Shown here: positions 14,136 to 28,509 of the stretch, piece after piece
Numbering within the stretch: position 1 is the stretch's first letter
Layout of the letters: every line of letters starts with the position of its first letter
Translations under genes and position numbers: made by a program
Assembly: GCA_028534125.1 (NCBI GenBank)
Contig: CM052817.1
Span: 36,458,001-36,522,000 of the forward strand
DNA length: 64,000 nt
Origin: Lama glama
Lineage: Eukaryota
Direction: 5' to 3'
The notes under the pieces: generated by a model
Told to the model about the DNA's origin: nothing
Seen by the model: the letters and a program-made list of their open reading frames with translations, nothing else
Database searches by the model: none

Positions 14136-16944
14136 AGACTGGATAGAAGTTACTGGAGTGGGGGTGGGGTGGTAGCAATGGTTTCATATAAGGAAGCACA
14201 AGAGGCTGGTTCAAAAAGTTACACATTAGTTTCATGTGTCCATAATCATATGGCATAGTAGCAATTCTAAAACCAGTGGAAGTGATCAAACTAGAGGTGG
14301 ATGACTATCTCTTGGGAATTTTATAGAAATTAGGCAGAGCCAAATTACTTCTAAGGTCCCTTTCAGACTTGTGGACTATGATCCTGTATTTGCTGAACAG
14401 AAAGTCAAGTAAAGTCAGTGTCATGGCAAAGGTACTAAAAGAAAGATGTGGGTTTTCTTTGTTTTCAGTAAAATAGACATTTGAAAACCCATTACCAAAC
14501 TGGAAAATCCCTATACACAAAAATATTCATCACAGCAAAGAGCAAAATGCTGGACCAAGCTTCACTTCTACCAGTTGGGAAACTGTTAAGAAAATTATAG
14601 TATGTTTGTCAATACAATATTATGCAGGATCAAATAACTATAAATACAAGGAATCAAGAAAGAACATGGAAATGGATATAATGTTAGGTTAAAAAAAAGC
14701 AGGATTTGAAATTTTATAATATGTTCGCAATTTTAAAAATATATACATGAAAAAAGCCTTGAAGGAAATTATCAAAAATTAAAATAGTTTTATTAAGGTG
14801 GTAAAACAATGGATGACTATTTCCTTCTCCTTATTCCTCGAGTTTTCTGTAATGAATGATCACACGTTATTTAAAAATTTATGTATTTTTTATGTCAAAT
14901 ACGTAAATGTTTCATTTACTTTAATTACAATTTAAATATAAAATTTTAAAATGCAGTAAAAGTTGTACCTTATGGAGGACTGAAATTTTTTCTACATCTT
15001 GATCTGGATGGACGTTTACCTGGGTGTATTCATAATAAAAATACATTGAACTACATATTTATGATTAACACAAGCTATGCATACTTACATATGTAGATGT
15101 ATATATGTTATACCTCAATAAAAGAGTTTTAAAATTATAATCCACAATACATTATCTTAAACATACCGGATAAATGAGGCTTAGTGTAATTCTTTCTATA
15201 TTTACCATCTGCATCTTATCAACACAGCACAATATTATATTCCTGATTTTTAAACTCAAAGACAAAAAATTTTTACAGTATTCCTATCCATTAATGCCTG
15301 TTCTACTGGAAAATCCTTGTCTCTGAGCACAGTGCTAAGCAATTTTGATCGACAACTTGGGAGTCAGTGATAATAAGATGGTAAATAAGCCTTCATCCTG
15401 TAAGATTTCTAGTAATAGCAATTGAAATAAAGAGAAAACATAGACTGAGACAGGAGGCAAATTACTATTTGAAAACACGAGAAAAAATGGTCTCTATTCA
15501 TGTTACCATTTGTCATTTTCATAGTACTTTTTATTCAGAAATTCTTCACAGTGAGAACCGTAGGACACAAACAGCAATGAACGTGAGGCCATCATTTGAT
15601 TCACAGGAAATGGAGATGCAGTAAGATTAGCAAGCAGAGCCAGAGCTAGAACATGAGAGTTTTTGAAACACAGTCCTGAGATTCAGATGTGCTAGCTATT
15701 TTGTGCTTCTTTAAAAGGCCAGGCCTCAAGAATTTTAGTCTTCTCAATATAAATTGTCTTTTTATTAAAGTTGGTGTCCATTTAAATGTAAATTTTTTAG
15801 TCATTACTTGTAAGAGTATGTCTAATATCTCAGATTACAGGTAGCAATCTCTCCCCAAAGCCCCCTGACTACAGAAATTTCCTGACAAACAGGGATATCC
15901 TAATTCAAACAAAATGTAAATTTCAGGAACTGTCTTCCATGCACAGCTTAATTTACTCTCTATAACCTGGAACAACGCCCATTTGGAGATGCAATGTGTC
16001 AGCATAAAATGAGCAGTATCCTGTAACTTTCCACTGTACCTTTCACTTGGTTTCCAGAGTATGCATAAGACTTTTTCACTGTGAGCTTGTAAAGCAAGTC
16101 AGTTGTTTTCTCATGTTTCTCATTCTTCATGATTATCACACAAGATGTTTGAAACGATTAAGTAATAATATTGTTTGATGACTCTAAATGGGTCAAGTGC
16201 CCAATTTTCCCCGATTTCTATTTTTCCCCCCGGCTTTATTGAGATATTATTGACATATAATGTAAGTTTAATGTATACAACATGATGACTTGATACCTGT
16301 ATAAGTTGCAAAATGATTTTCACTATAAGGTTGATTCACACTTCCATACCTTCACGTAATTACCATTTTTTGTGTGTGATGCCTGATTTCTTTTTGTTTT
16401 TCAATTTTATTATTTAAAAAAAATTTTTGCAAGCAGAGTTGCATTTCTTTCAGGAGGCTCTAGGGGAGAATCAGTTTCCTTGCCTTTTCAGCTTGAGAAA
16501 AGAGCTTACCATAATCAGGTGCTAGGATTGACCCCCCATCAGGGTTGCATGCACACCTCAGAACAAATCTTTGTACCCAGCGGAAACTGTTACTCTTGCA
16601 AGGCTGGCGTGGCTAACGATTCCACTGCTGGAACCAGTGAGTAGATTTAACTCCGTCTGAACTACACAATGTAATACTTGAAGGGAGTAGTTCTCCTGAG
16701 CAAACAAGGAAAATGAGGTGCTGCAGCAATAGTAAGACTAAGCACTGATCACACAAAAACAAGCAAACACACAAAGACTAGCTGTTGAATTTACAACGAT
16801 TAAGAGGAAACACATTCACGTTTTTGATAAAAGGTCAGCCAGGCTGTATAAACAACTCAAGGTTTACTGAGTACTGAACACTAGGTGCTACAAATGATGC
16901 AAAGATAAGCAAGACAAAGTGCCTACCCTTTAGGAAAACTTGTC

Positions 16945-17127
16945 CAAAACTTTGCTTTCTAAGTTTAATGTGCCTAAGGTTCCTTACGGAACTTGTTTAA
17001 AAGGCAGGTTCCGGGCCCTCTTCCAGACTTATTAAATGCATTTTTGGCCCTGGGGTCTGAGAATCGTCAATGCTTTAAAGCAGGTGATTCTAATGCAGGA
17101 GCTCTCTGAACCATACTTTGAGAAACA
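16945..17127. mobile_element. MER5A-like hAT MITE
   Basis: caggtgattctaatgcag...ccatactttgagaaac end motif. Confidence 0.7.
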
Positions 17128-18669
17128 CGTGTGTAGAAGATGTTAACACATAAACACACACACGAAATGATGCAAGGGAGAAGTGGAAATATTCAAGAGT
17201 TTCAAATTGTGTGTGCCAAGAGTGAAGCAAGCTGTGAGATTAATGTCTCAGCCATGAGAGATTAATGAAGATTTGGTGGCCATGAAGAGATATATTCCAG
17301 CTTTTAACAGGCAGATGAAAGAGCAAAGCAATCTAACTGAAGGAAAAAGTGTGAGCCAAAGCACAGACCCCCTCAGACACCCAGGAATCCTTTCTAGAGC
17401 ATGGTCTGAATAGGATAAAAATTGCACTCTTGGCAATAAGGCTATAAAAATAACTTAATGCCCCTGAATTTGTACACTTAAAAATGGTTAAATGGTAAAT
17501 TTTGTTTTGTATATTTAAACTTTTATTTTTTTAGAGTCATTTAAGACCTATTGGTGGAGGGATTCTATCCAGAAATTTGGTCTGTGGTCTGGGATCCTTG
17601 ATAGCTGGAATCCTCCCAGCACTTAAAACATGGCAAGTGACCAGGGACATGGTCTTTAGCAGCAGGAATGTTATGCAAATATTTGCTCCCTGCTTGGGCA
17701 CAGTCATCAAAAAGGATGGGAAGGTGCAGCTGGCACAGGGGTCAGATTCTGCTGGAGGCTCCTGCTGTGCCAGCTGTAAACCTTCTCACACAGGTCCTGG
17801 GGGAATGGGTGGGGCATCTAGGGCAGTGAAAGGACACTTGGAGGTTCAGGGGAGCAACTGCTTTACCGACCAAAATGGAAGTGTTTCAGTATTTTCAGAA
17901 CTGGTCTGACAATACCAATGTAAACTGGCTGAACATCAACAACATTCCTGGGTGTTTTGAGCTCTATTTCCAGCACCCACTTTGCTGCAGGAAAGCTTAC
18001 AAAGAAGGCTGGATTTGTCTTTTCATAGCATGTCTTACAGAACTATATAGCCTCCTCTACACTTTCACTTTTCCTCCTCTGCAAGCTTCCTACCTGCAAT
18101 GATCCCCATACACACACCCCTAGGCACCCAGTTCCCGTGAGTACACCTCAACACCATAACCTGAATGTGTTCCAGGTTCTGCCCTCTGTCCCCAGATCAG
18201 TCCTTCAGCACCTCCCTTACACACCTACCCAAGCTTTTCCCTATATCAACTTGCCTGACAACCCACCGAAGAAACAGACCTGATAAGTCAAGATGATGAT
18301 TTGTGCTTCTAATGAAACCATGTGGAGGCATTTGCTGTCCAGAATGTTGCCGTAATTTCCAGGAGAATGGTTGATTGAGTAGGAGCTATTTTTGAGAACA
18401 GAGTCATGTGTGACATCACTCATCTCTCAGAGCACACTATGAGGATTCCTACTCACAGATGACATTTGGTACAGCCACTCCTCAAATATCTTTGCTTGAA
18501 GGAGGCAGGATGACTAAGTAAAATAACTTTCACCAGGAATCCCAAAACTGCCATGACTGCAACCTCATTTTGTTAACATGATCTCAAATGTGTCAGTATG
18601 TGTGCTGTCTCAAATCCCTTCCCCTGCCCACAATCTCTCTTAGAAAATGAAACAATGGAATTAAAAAGG

Positions 18670-18935
18670 TGAAGTAACTAGATGCAATCAGGTATCCTGA
18701 ATTGGGTCCTGGAGCAGAAAAAGGATATTAGTGGAAAAACCAGTAAAATCCAAATAGGGTCTGTGGTTAACAGCATTGTGCCAACGTTAATTTCTTAGCT
18801 TCGACAGTGTGTTGGTTAAGATACGAATGTTAGGGGAAGCCAGGTGAAATGTACAGAGTACATAGGAACTCTCTGTACTATCTTTGCAACTTTTCTGTAA
18901 ATCTAAAATTATTCCAAGATAAGAAGTTTATTTTT
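18670..18935 (+). mobile_element. Old L1 (L1MC-like) 3' UTR fragment
   Basis: gaactctctgtactatctttgcaacttttctgtaaatctaaaattattc motif. Confidence 0.7.
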
Positions 18936-20415
18936 AAGAAAGATCAAGAAGGAAGAGAATGAAGTCCATAATTAGACTCTATTCAAAGAATTCATTCCAA
19001 TGATACCAATAACACCCTCGGCATAAAATCTTCTTTCTGGTCATTCAAAGCAAGGCGAACCCGCATTCTGATGTTTCAGCAACATTCCACAATACATAAT
19101 TGTTAAAAATATTACACAAAAAAGCAGTCTGAAAAACAATTAGGAAAAAAAGCCCACTAAAACACTTAAGAGAAAATATGTTTACATTGATTTAGATTGC
19201 AGATATGAAGGAAAAAATTAACCACAACATTTGCTTTACTTTTAGAAGAACCTATGAATATCATCAAACTGTTGCTTTAAGTACCTCTGGGAATGAGTCC
19301 AGGGAAAGGAGAGGAAATTTATACGTTTGATTCTATGTACTTTTGTATTGCATGACTTTATTTTTATTTTTCACAATGAGAACGTATTATTTTTATAGTT
19401 TTTTAAACAAAGGTTTTTTTTCATTAGCAGTTTACACACCATGTGAAAGAGATAGCTATGTTTGAAATGGAACACCAGCAACAATTGTAACTACAAAATG
19501 AAAGAAGCGAAGTAATCAAAAAGAAAAAGAGGGAAGGAAGTTTGCTAGAGAATACCTTCAAGATGGTCATGGTGCTTATTATGTATGATAGTGAAATGAA
19601 TTTTTTCACTTCTTTATTTTATGTTTTCTATGGTCAACATGCATTTTTTCATAATTAGCAAAATTTTAAAAATTAAAATTACAACCTATAATACATGTAT
19701 TTATCAAATTGTTTGTACATACATCATGATACATGTTCCTATGTGGGCTTTTACACTTGAGTAAATGACAAATTTCAGAATATGGATCATAAACGAGCTT
19801 CAGAAAAATCCTACATTAAAAAAATAGGCCTCAAGGCCTTGACCATTGATGCATAATTGGTTTAGTTTCCTTTTTGAGGTTATTTAGAAAAAATATTTAG
19901 CTGTGTACAAAGGCTGCTTTCCAAAATTCTAGAAGTAATGCCCAGGGAGATGCTGTTTGAATATTCTGGGGATGTGTCTGAAACCAAACATTTGACAAGT
20001 ATCTTCAAAAGAAGAACTTCAAACCTCTGGTTTTCTCTCCCTGTGGTCTCTTTTCTCATCTCCCTTCAGATATCCTTGAGATACCACATACAAAACAAGC
20101 CCCAAAGCAACTCCAGCCTCCTAGCTTCTTCCCATTCCCAGAATCCTCTTCCTCTCACCTTGCCCTGGAATTAAAACGGGGCTTGATTCTCTCTAGAAAT
20201 AAGTCAGATCTGGGGGGAATTTTACTTCCCCTAGGAAGGCACTAGACCAAGAGGGTCATTCTCAGAGCTAAGTGGAACATCAGTGCCAGGCAGGAGAAGG
20301 AGGGAGCTCTCAAGAATAGCAGAGTGGCACAAATAGCCCCGTGGAACAGAGGAGAGAGAGATTAGCAGCTGGAGTGAGTGTAAACTTTGAGAGGATGTTT
20401 AAAGAAGATCTGTAG

Positions 20416-20898
20416 CAATGGAATACTATTCAGCCATAAAAATGACAACATAACGCCATTTGCAGCAACATGGATGTCCCTGGAGAATGTCATTCTAAGT
20501 GAAGTAAGCCAGAAAGAGAAAGAAAAATACCATATGAGATCGCTCATATGTGGAATCTAAAAAAAAAAAAAAAAAAAGAACATAAATACAAAACAGAAGC
20601 AGACTTACAGACATATAAAATACAAACTTGTGGTTGCCAGGGGGGAGAGGGGTAAGAAGGGACAGACTGAGAGTTTGAAATTTGTAGATACTGACAGGTA
20701 TACATAGAATAGATAAACAAGATTATACTGTATAGCACAGGGAAATATATACAAGATCTTGTGGTAGCTCACAGTGAAAAAGAACGTGACAATGAATATA
20801 TGTATGTTCATGTATAACTGAAAAATTGTGCTCTACACTGGAAATTGACACAACATTGTAAACTGACTATAACTCAACAAAAAAAAATGATAAAAAAA
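20416..20898 (+). mobile_element. Young lineage-specific L1 3' end, 5'-truncated
   Basis: gccatttgcagcaacatggatg ORF2 end, poly(A) tail; 15-bp TSD aaagaagatctgtag (20401-20415) / aaagaggatttgtag (20899-20913) after a TT|AAA nick site. Confidence 0.9.
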
Positions 20899-21004
20899 AA
20901 AGAGGATTTGTAGAAAAGTCTGCCCTATAATGTGCTGCATCCCCCAGCCCCGGCCCAGTCCAGCATTCCACCTCTATTCCCAAAGCCTCTGAAAAACCCA
21001 AGTC

Positions 21005-22480
21005 CTCCATTTACTAGCTGTATGACCCTGGGAAAATCAGAGTACATCTCTGTTTATTGATGGTCTCATCTGTAAAAATGGGGATATGGTGGCACCTACT
21101 ATATAGGGGCTGTTGTCAGGATCAACTGAATTAATCCTGTTCCATAACTGAAACAATGCATGACTCCACTGTAAGACCTACATAGCTATACATTAATTAG
21201 CTACTGTTTTTCTGGGCTCTCATAGTCCAATTGAGGCTGTTTTTAATGTACCCTGAGCAGACTGGCTCAAAAGTAATCCTGTAGAATTTGAGCTGTTATT
21301 CCAAACTGGGTGACCACTGTCTATCCAGTCACGCAGACTTAAGCAGTCACCAAGTTCTGTTGCTCCATCTTTTATTTTTTTCCATCTTTTAAAATGTCTC
21401 TCAAATCCATTTTTTCCTCTCTGATGCCTTAACTGAATCACTGACTCTTGCTTAGGTGGCTGCAATAGCTACCAACTTCTTCTTTTCCTCAGGACCTTTT
21501 AGCTTTGATGTCCTTCAAACTGGTGCTAGAAATTCTCTAGAATATAGATCTATATGCATTACTCCCTAGCTTAAACCCCTTTGAGAGTGTCAATAGTCAC
21601 TCTTTGCTTTTAGCTCAACCTCTGATCCTTAATCCTGCTATTAATCCTGCTCTATCTACCCACCTACATCATCACTGTCAGTAAACATTTTGCACTGGGA
21701 TGACTCCAGGCCTTTCCATGCATCCTCTCCTTTCTCTGGATTGATCTTCCTATTATTCTTTAACTAATGAGTTGCTATTTACCTTAAAGACACTAATAAA
21801 AATTTTTTTTCCCTTCTTGGAAGTCTTTCTCAGCAACCATAGGCAAAGTTCATCATTGCTTCCTCTCTGTTTCCATTCACTTGGTACATAGCCCTGCCTT
21901 TGCACTTAACACACTGTGCTGGAATTATGTGTTTATGGGTCTGTTTTTCTCAATAGACTGTGATCTACTCAGTGACAGAGACTGTAACAAATTCTTTGCT
22001 TGTCAGAACCATGCCCACATGCCTGGCACGTCAAAATGTTTAAACACAATGCGATAAGTGGATGAATGAATAAATGAATGGATCAAGATAACACCCCAGG
22101 TGACATGACAGCAGTAGGAGGGTAAATACAGAAAAAAAGTGGCAAATAGGATACAGGGTCCACCACTGTAGCCTTGTGACTTTGGGCAAATTTCTTATTC
22201 TCCATGCCTCAGTTTCCTCTTCTACAAAATGGCAACAATAAACCTTTATGGTTGTGTGATGATTGAATTCACTAATAAATGTAAAGTGCTTAGAAAATTG
22301 CCTGGCATATAGTAAGCACTCTGTGTATTTGTTGTTGTTTTGGTGGTGGCTGTTTATGGAGAAAGAATCACTGTAAACTCCATGAGAGAGGCGATGTTCT
22401 GACTTCCCATTTAATTCCTGGCATCTGCTACAGTGCTTCATATAGAATAGACACTCAATAAAGATTTTTGAATGAATTTC
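21005..22480 (+). mobile_element. Cluster of MIR (~21005-21200), L2 (~21270-22080) and MIR (~22160-22335) fragments
   Basis: ctcatctgtaaaaatggg and cctcagtttcctcttctacaaaatgg MIR cores; tgaatgaataaatgaatg L2 tail. Confidence 0.7.
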
Positions 22481-22959
22481 AAAATAATTTAAAAAGAACA
22501 AAAAAGAAGAGAATCCCCAAAAAGTAAATGGGAATGCATTTGGCACAAAGTACAAAGATGCTGCTAAGTTGCCTCAGGTCCTCACCACTGGGCTGGGGGG
22601 CTGGGTGACAAGATGTACTTGGAGTTGCTGAATCCTTCATTTAACCCTCATGGGAACTTTGACTCTGCCTACCTCAGTCAGAGTGTTCTTTTTAAAGGCA
22701 GTGAGGGGAAAGGGATGCTGCATACAGGGAATGGTTTAATGATAAGACGTTAAGAGCCAGGAAAGCCTGTGTTTCCTTCTACAGCCCCAAAACTCATGAC
22801 CTGCTAAAGCCACCTCTTCTGGTCGGTGGCTTGATCTATAAAAATCAAACTCTAAGTGCTTGCATGCCCAGCTGCAACCAGACTATATGATCGTGACTTC
22901 AACAATCATTTGTGATCTGCATTGCAGGGACAATGTCAAAATGAGACAAGTAAGGGTGA

Positions 22960-23323
22960 GGTCTTAGTCAGTTTACACTGCTACATCAAATTACCATAGA
23001 CTGGGTGGATTATCGACAACAGAAATTTATTTCTCACAGTTCTGGAGGCTGGAAACCTGCAATCAGGCTAGCACAGTTAGGTTCTGGTGAGAACCGTCTA
23101 CTGGGTTACAGACCATTGACTTCTCATTCTATCTTCACATGACAGGAAGGGAGCCAGCTCTCTGGCCTCTTCTTATAAAGGCACTAATCTCATTATGAGG
23201 GCTCCACCCTTATGACATAATTACTTCCCACCTCCAAATACTATCACATTGTGATTAGGGTTTCAACTTATGAGTCTAGGGGATAGAGTAGGGGTGGAGG
23301 ATACAAACATTCAGTCCATTGCA
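22960..23323 (-). mobile_element. MLT1A-type MaLR solo LTR
   Basis: gtcttagtcagttt...cacagttctggaggctgg...caaacattcagtccattgca; 5-bp TSD ggtga/agtga. Confidence 0.85.
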
Positions 23324-23340
23324 AGTGATTCGTTCCTTTA

Positions 23341-23846
23341 TGTGTGGGGAGGAGGGGCAAAATTTCATCTCTCCCCATCTTAGGTTTCTAGCTCTTTAAC
23401 AGAAAGACAGATTAATAAGAGAAAAACCATTTATTAATGCATACAGTGCACATCATGTGGGGGGAAAACTTAAAATGAAGAGTAACTCATAGTGGAGGCT
23501 TAGAACTCCGGCTTATATAGCATGTTCAACAAAGAACAATACATTTGTAGAAAAGTCACAGGACAAAGGAAAGTAGTTTTAGGCTTTTGAGTACGGCAAA
23601 CTGGGGGAAGGTAAATATATGGGAGGAAACTAATGAAGTTAGGTTTGTTTGCAGATTCCTCTGCTGCCATTTCTGGGCTCATAAGAGTTTATCTCCAGAA
23701 AAAGAGAATTTATAACCTGCCTGTAGACAGAAAGGGGGGCAGGTAGGGAGAGGCTTTCCTATGTTCACTACTTAATTGCCTTAAGCAAAAAATAATTTTT
23801 AGGTCAAAGAGGCATATTTTGGGGTGACATATTCTGGTCTCCTTCA
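23341..23846 (-). mobile_element. MER34-like ERV1 solo LTR
   Basis: Reverse strand begins TGAAGGAGACCAGAATATGTCACCCCAAAATATGCCTC; TG...CA ends; 4-bp TSD TTTA/TTTA. Confidence 0.8.
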
Positions 23847-25627
23847 TTTATTATCCAAAAAGGCCAAGAAAAGGAGAAAAATGAATAGGATGAGTTATTC
23901 TACCTTGATTCATTAGTCTGAACCCCAAACTAGAAAAAGAAAGCAAAGAGAGAAGGTGTAACCAGATTATAAACTTTATGAGGAGATTGTCAAAGTTTTA
24001 AGAAGTTAAAAATACCATTCTCATAAAAATATGTAATGAACACAAGTCAAAGATTATATTCAACTAATTAATAGGGAGCTAGCAAGATGGTAAGACTGGT
24101 TCCTATTTAATGAAAGAATGTTAGAATAAGATTGCTAAGTTAGATATAAAACTGGTTAATGTTTTTCAGGGAATTAATTGTAACCTTTGGGGTTATCTTT
24201 TCTCTTAAAAAGAAATTACTTACATCTTTGTGGGAAAAAAAAACCGTGTCACTTCACTAGATTGGGACCTTTACTTAAGAGTAAACAGTGATTTGAACAA
24301 GGTATATTCCCCCTAGATTATTAAATATTCTTTGGCTCTGCCTGATAAACAACACTCTCCCATGACATTGAAAAGATATGCCACCCACATTTTTGCTTTA
24401 TTTCCAAAGTTTAAATACTGGGGTTTTATTCTATTTTCTTCACTGCTGTGTTACCAGCACATAGAACAGTGCTTGAAACTAACAGGCTCTTGATGAATAG
24501 TTGTCAAAGGAACGAATGGTTATGTTCTAAGAAAGCCTTTGTTAGTCGGTTGTTTATAACTCAGAATGCATTTTGCTTTAAAGTAACATTAGAAGTTATG
24601 GTGATCAGTTCTCTGGTCAGCCCACTAAACTTTCCACCCTGCAACGCACCAAGAGAGTCATGGGCAGGAATGTTTTCATGAGAAATACATTCATCTATTC
24701 GAAACAGAGAACCAGGGCCACATCTTCTCTCCTGCCTCCACAATTACATCCTCTTAACCCCACCCACCAACCCCTACCCTGGGAACTTTTTCTCCCCTAA
24801 GGTCTCTGTTGCTGGGCAGAGATATCAGGAATTCCTCACAGCAATGCCAGGTGCTCTGTGTGTGGGCCCATAGCAGGCCACGGTTGAAGGGAAAGAAGGA
24901 GCAGCGAGCAGACAGTCTTTGGTTCCAGGATGAGGTGCTGTGGGGTCTGGGACTCTGATGGTATAACTCCCAGTACAGCTCTCAGTCTAGAGTTTTTACG
25001 ACCTTTCTTTTCTTCTGTAGGTTCCAACAGGACTTGCCTGCTCCCCTTTCAATATCACCATCTTAGGTTCTGACCAGAGTCTTTCTCTTCTGTAAACCAC
25101 TGAAGGACAGAATGAGGTCAGGGTGAGGGCCTGAAAGTTTCAATCCTCTAACCAAGCCTTAGTCTTTATGGTGATCAGTCCCCAGCCTGAAGCCACCAAG
25201 AGTGGCCTCATTAGAACAAAAGGTGCTCCTATCACTCAAGGGGCTTAGGAGCTGTGTACTGGGAACCAACTACAAGGACCAAGTGTATATTTGTCATACC
25301 AGCTTCAACATATGAGAACTCGTGGCCAGTCTTGCTTCATCTATACCTTCATCCACTTTCCCCTCACCCCTCATCAGACTATCTTGAAGCAATCTACATT
25401 ATAAAATCTCATTCATAACATTTCAGTATTGGTCTCTGAAAGATAAGAACTATTTAACGTAACAACAATACTATTACCACAGGTTAAAAAAAGTTAAAAA
25501 TAATCCAAAAGATCTGTGCATTCTAACTGTTGTCACATACTGCTAATGTTCCCTCTTAGAAGGATGCAACAATTTACCTTTTCACCCCGTTTACAGCAGA
25601 GCCAGCCCTGATATTAACAATTCTTTC

Positions 25628-25742
25628 AGAATATGAAAGCACATATATGTATGTATATGCATGACTGGGACATTGAGCTGTACACCAGAAATTGACACAT
25701 TGTAACTGACTGTATTTCAATAAAAAAATTAAAAACAAAACA
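25628..25742 (+). mobile_element. Short lineage-specific L1 3' tail
   Basis: tgtacaccagaaattgacacattgtaactgactgtatttcaataaaaa; imperfect TSD aacaattcttt/aacaatctttt. Confidence 0.75.
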
Positions 25743-26084
25743 AAACAATCTTTTGCACCTCCACCAATCTACGTCCTTGAAAATGATGCCTTCTTTTTTA
25801 ATCTCATTTCTTTGATTGTTAATGAGATTGAGCAACTTTTCAGTTTGCATTGGACATGTATATTTCTTCTTTTATAAAATGCCTATTCATGCTCTCTGTT
25901 GATTTTTCTATGCATCGATCTTATGTTGATTGATAAGTTAAAATACCAAGGATTTTTAACACACATCACATCATCTGTATTGTATGTAATAGAAAAAATT
26001 TCCAAATGAACTTTAATCTCAAATAATTGTTTAAACTATTCATGGCAAATCATACCATGGTACTCCATGAAGCCATTAACAAGC

Positions 26085-26335
26085 ATATATTTATCAAAGC
26101 CCACAGAATGTACACCACCAAGCGTGAACCCTAATGTAAACTATGGACTTTGGTGACAATGATGTATCAGTAAAGGCTCACTGATGGTAACAAATGTAAC
26201 ACTCTAGTGGGGGCTGTTGATAGTAGAGGAGGCTGTGGGTGTGTGAGGGAGCCTGAGATGGTGAGAACTCTCTTATTTCCCACTCAGTTTTGCTAAGAAC
26301 CTGAAACTGCTCTGAAAAGTAGTCTATTTTTTTAA
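26085..26335 (+). mobile_element. Old L1 3' UTR fragment
   Basis: cccacagaatgtacaccaccaagcgtgaaccctaatgtaaactatggactttgg motif. Confidence 0.75.
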
Positions 26336-28344
26336 GTATATATTGATATGGACAGCTACTATCTAAAATTATGTATTAAATATTCATAGTAAGATCATTT
26401 CTCTCATGAATAGACTATTTAAATGTGAAAATAGTATTTTGCAAATGTATTTAATTACTCAATCATATTGTTGAATCAAGTTTAAATTAAAAAAGTAGAC
26501 TATTATTAATAGCAGATTTTGGTGCATCACAAAACGGAGTGGAAGGTACAGAGATTTCCCTTTACCCCCTGCCCCACCATATGCATAACAACTATTATCT
26601 ATTAATCTATCAATATTGACATGGAAAGCAATTCATTATATGTATGTGTGCACTTAGATATATAATAGTAAAAACAAAGTTAACAGAAGAATATAGATAA
26701 TAAGACAAAATTTGAGCTTTAGTAGGTATATTTTTAGTTGCATAGAAAATAATTAGAAAGAACAGCTGACACATTTTATTATTATCTCTATTTTATGTGG
26801 GAAAACAGAAGCTCTGAGAAGTTAAATGACTTAACCAAGAACAATCAGCTGTAAGTGGTGAAGTCAAGAAAGAAAAGCAAGTCCATCTGGCTTGGAACCT
26901 GGCTTAGTCCACTTTAACATTAGGCAGGACAGTCTGTAAGGGAATGCCAGGAGCCACTGGCAGAATGGGGCAAAAGCTGGGGTTGTGGGTAGATTCACTT
27001 TAAGGAGACCATGTACACAGCTGGGATAGTAGAAAAGCAGGGGTTGGGGGGGTGGCGCACCCACCAAGAGCCATTATGGAATCAATGGTTCAACTTCAGT
27101 TTACAGCAAGACCAACCAGTTTTCATTTCAGGGAGCCAAGATTTAAACCCTGTTCTTGGGAAACCACCCTTGGCTACTGACCTTTGAAACAGTCAAGAAA
27201 TTAGGTCATCTCAGGATTTGGCAATAATCTTGCAACCTCCATTATCTTATTGATAAGGTTTGGCTTATCTAGCTCTAGACAATCTGATACAATCTCCCAT
27301 TCAAGGCAAAAATCTCTACTACAGACTTATGGGTGAATTTTTTTCATCTTTACTAGCTCTGTAAATTCTGATCTTTAATGACTCATAGGAGGAGGAGCCT
27401 GCAGGCATAGGGATAACTGCCAATCTTTTTGGAGTGGGCTATCTTTTTATCTGAATGTATTACTATTATTTTTTGTAATCAAATAGCTTTTATTCCAGAA
27501 TGCAAGGATATTTCAGTAGCAGAAAATTTATCAACCTAATTCATTGCATCAACAAGTTAAAAAGAAAAAGAAATATCATATTAACAGATACTAAATAAGC
27601 ACCTGATACAATTCAGTGGCCATTCCTGGTATAAAACTATTTTAATGTATCATTGCAAAATATATTATTTTATGTGTGTCCATTTTAAATTTATGGAAAC
27701 AGTATTATATATCTCCTTCGGGTGTTTATGTTTTTTCCCTGAGCACTTTGTATTTAAATGAGTCATCCATGCAGTTTTACCCACGTCTATCTAACCTGAC
27801 GCTCCTCACAGAGCCATTAGACTCCAGCATATGGATCACATGTTACCTGTCTACTGGCCCAGGGATGAGCATCCAGAGAGACTCCAAATCCCTTTCACCC
27901 TGGGCTGTGATGCCAGGAACATCTTTGCACCTGTAACCACACAGACCCATGTGAAAATTCCTTTGGAATATATATACCAGGAGGAGGATTGCTGGATCGT
28001 AAAATATAAGTCTTCTTCACTGGACTAGATTATGACACAGTCCTCTCCAGAATGGCTGCACCAGGTTAGCTGCCCGCCAGCAGTGGAGGAGAGCACATTC
28101 CTCTTTTCTCTTGGCAGGATCCAAATTTCTGATTTCTTTTGGTCAGCTTGAAAGATGTGAAGTGATATCCTTATGAATGTTTTGGTTTGCATTTCTTTGA
28201 TTACTAGCGATTCATGTTTATATTGAGTGACTAACTCCTAGTAAAGTTGATGAACCAATGAGAAGGGTCAGATTGATCCTGCTGCTCCTGGTGCCTCTCA
28301 TACACCTTGTCCTGTTCCCTGGGTAGGCCAACACCATTTTTTTT

Positions 28345-28502
28345 TTAATTCTTTTTTTTTAACACAGCATTCTTTTCTTGGGCGGGGGAGATAATTAGGT
28401 TTATTTATTTACTTATTTATTTTTAAAGGAGGTCCTGGAATTGAACCTAGGACCTTGTGCATGCTGAGCACACACTCTACCACTGAGCTCTGCCCTCCCC
28501 TC
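28345..28502 (-). mobile_element. tRNA-derived SINE (camelid Vic-1-like)
   Basis: Reverse strand ggggagggcagagctcagtggtagag...ggttcaattcc has Pol III A and B boxes; A-rich tail. Confidence 0.85.
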
Positions 28503-28509
28503 ATACCAC

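Noticed and set aside
22040..22555. 171-aa minus-strand ORF
   Set aside because: Spans MIR and L2 fragments.
28420..28502. tRNA-like sequence with A and B boxes (also 29620-29694 and 52675-52753)
   Set aside because: SINE heads with tails and TSDs, not tRNA genes.
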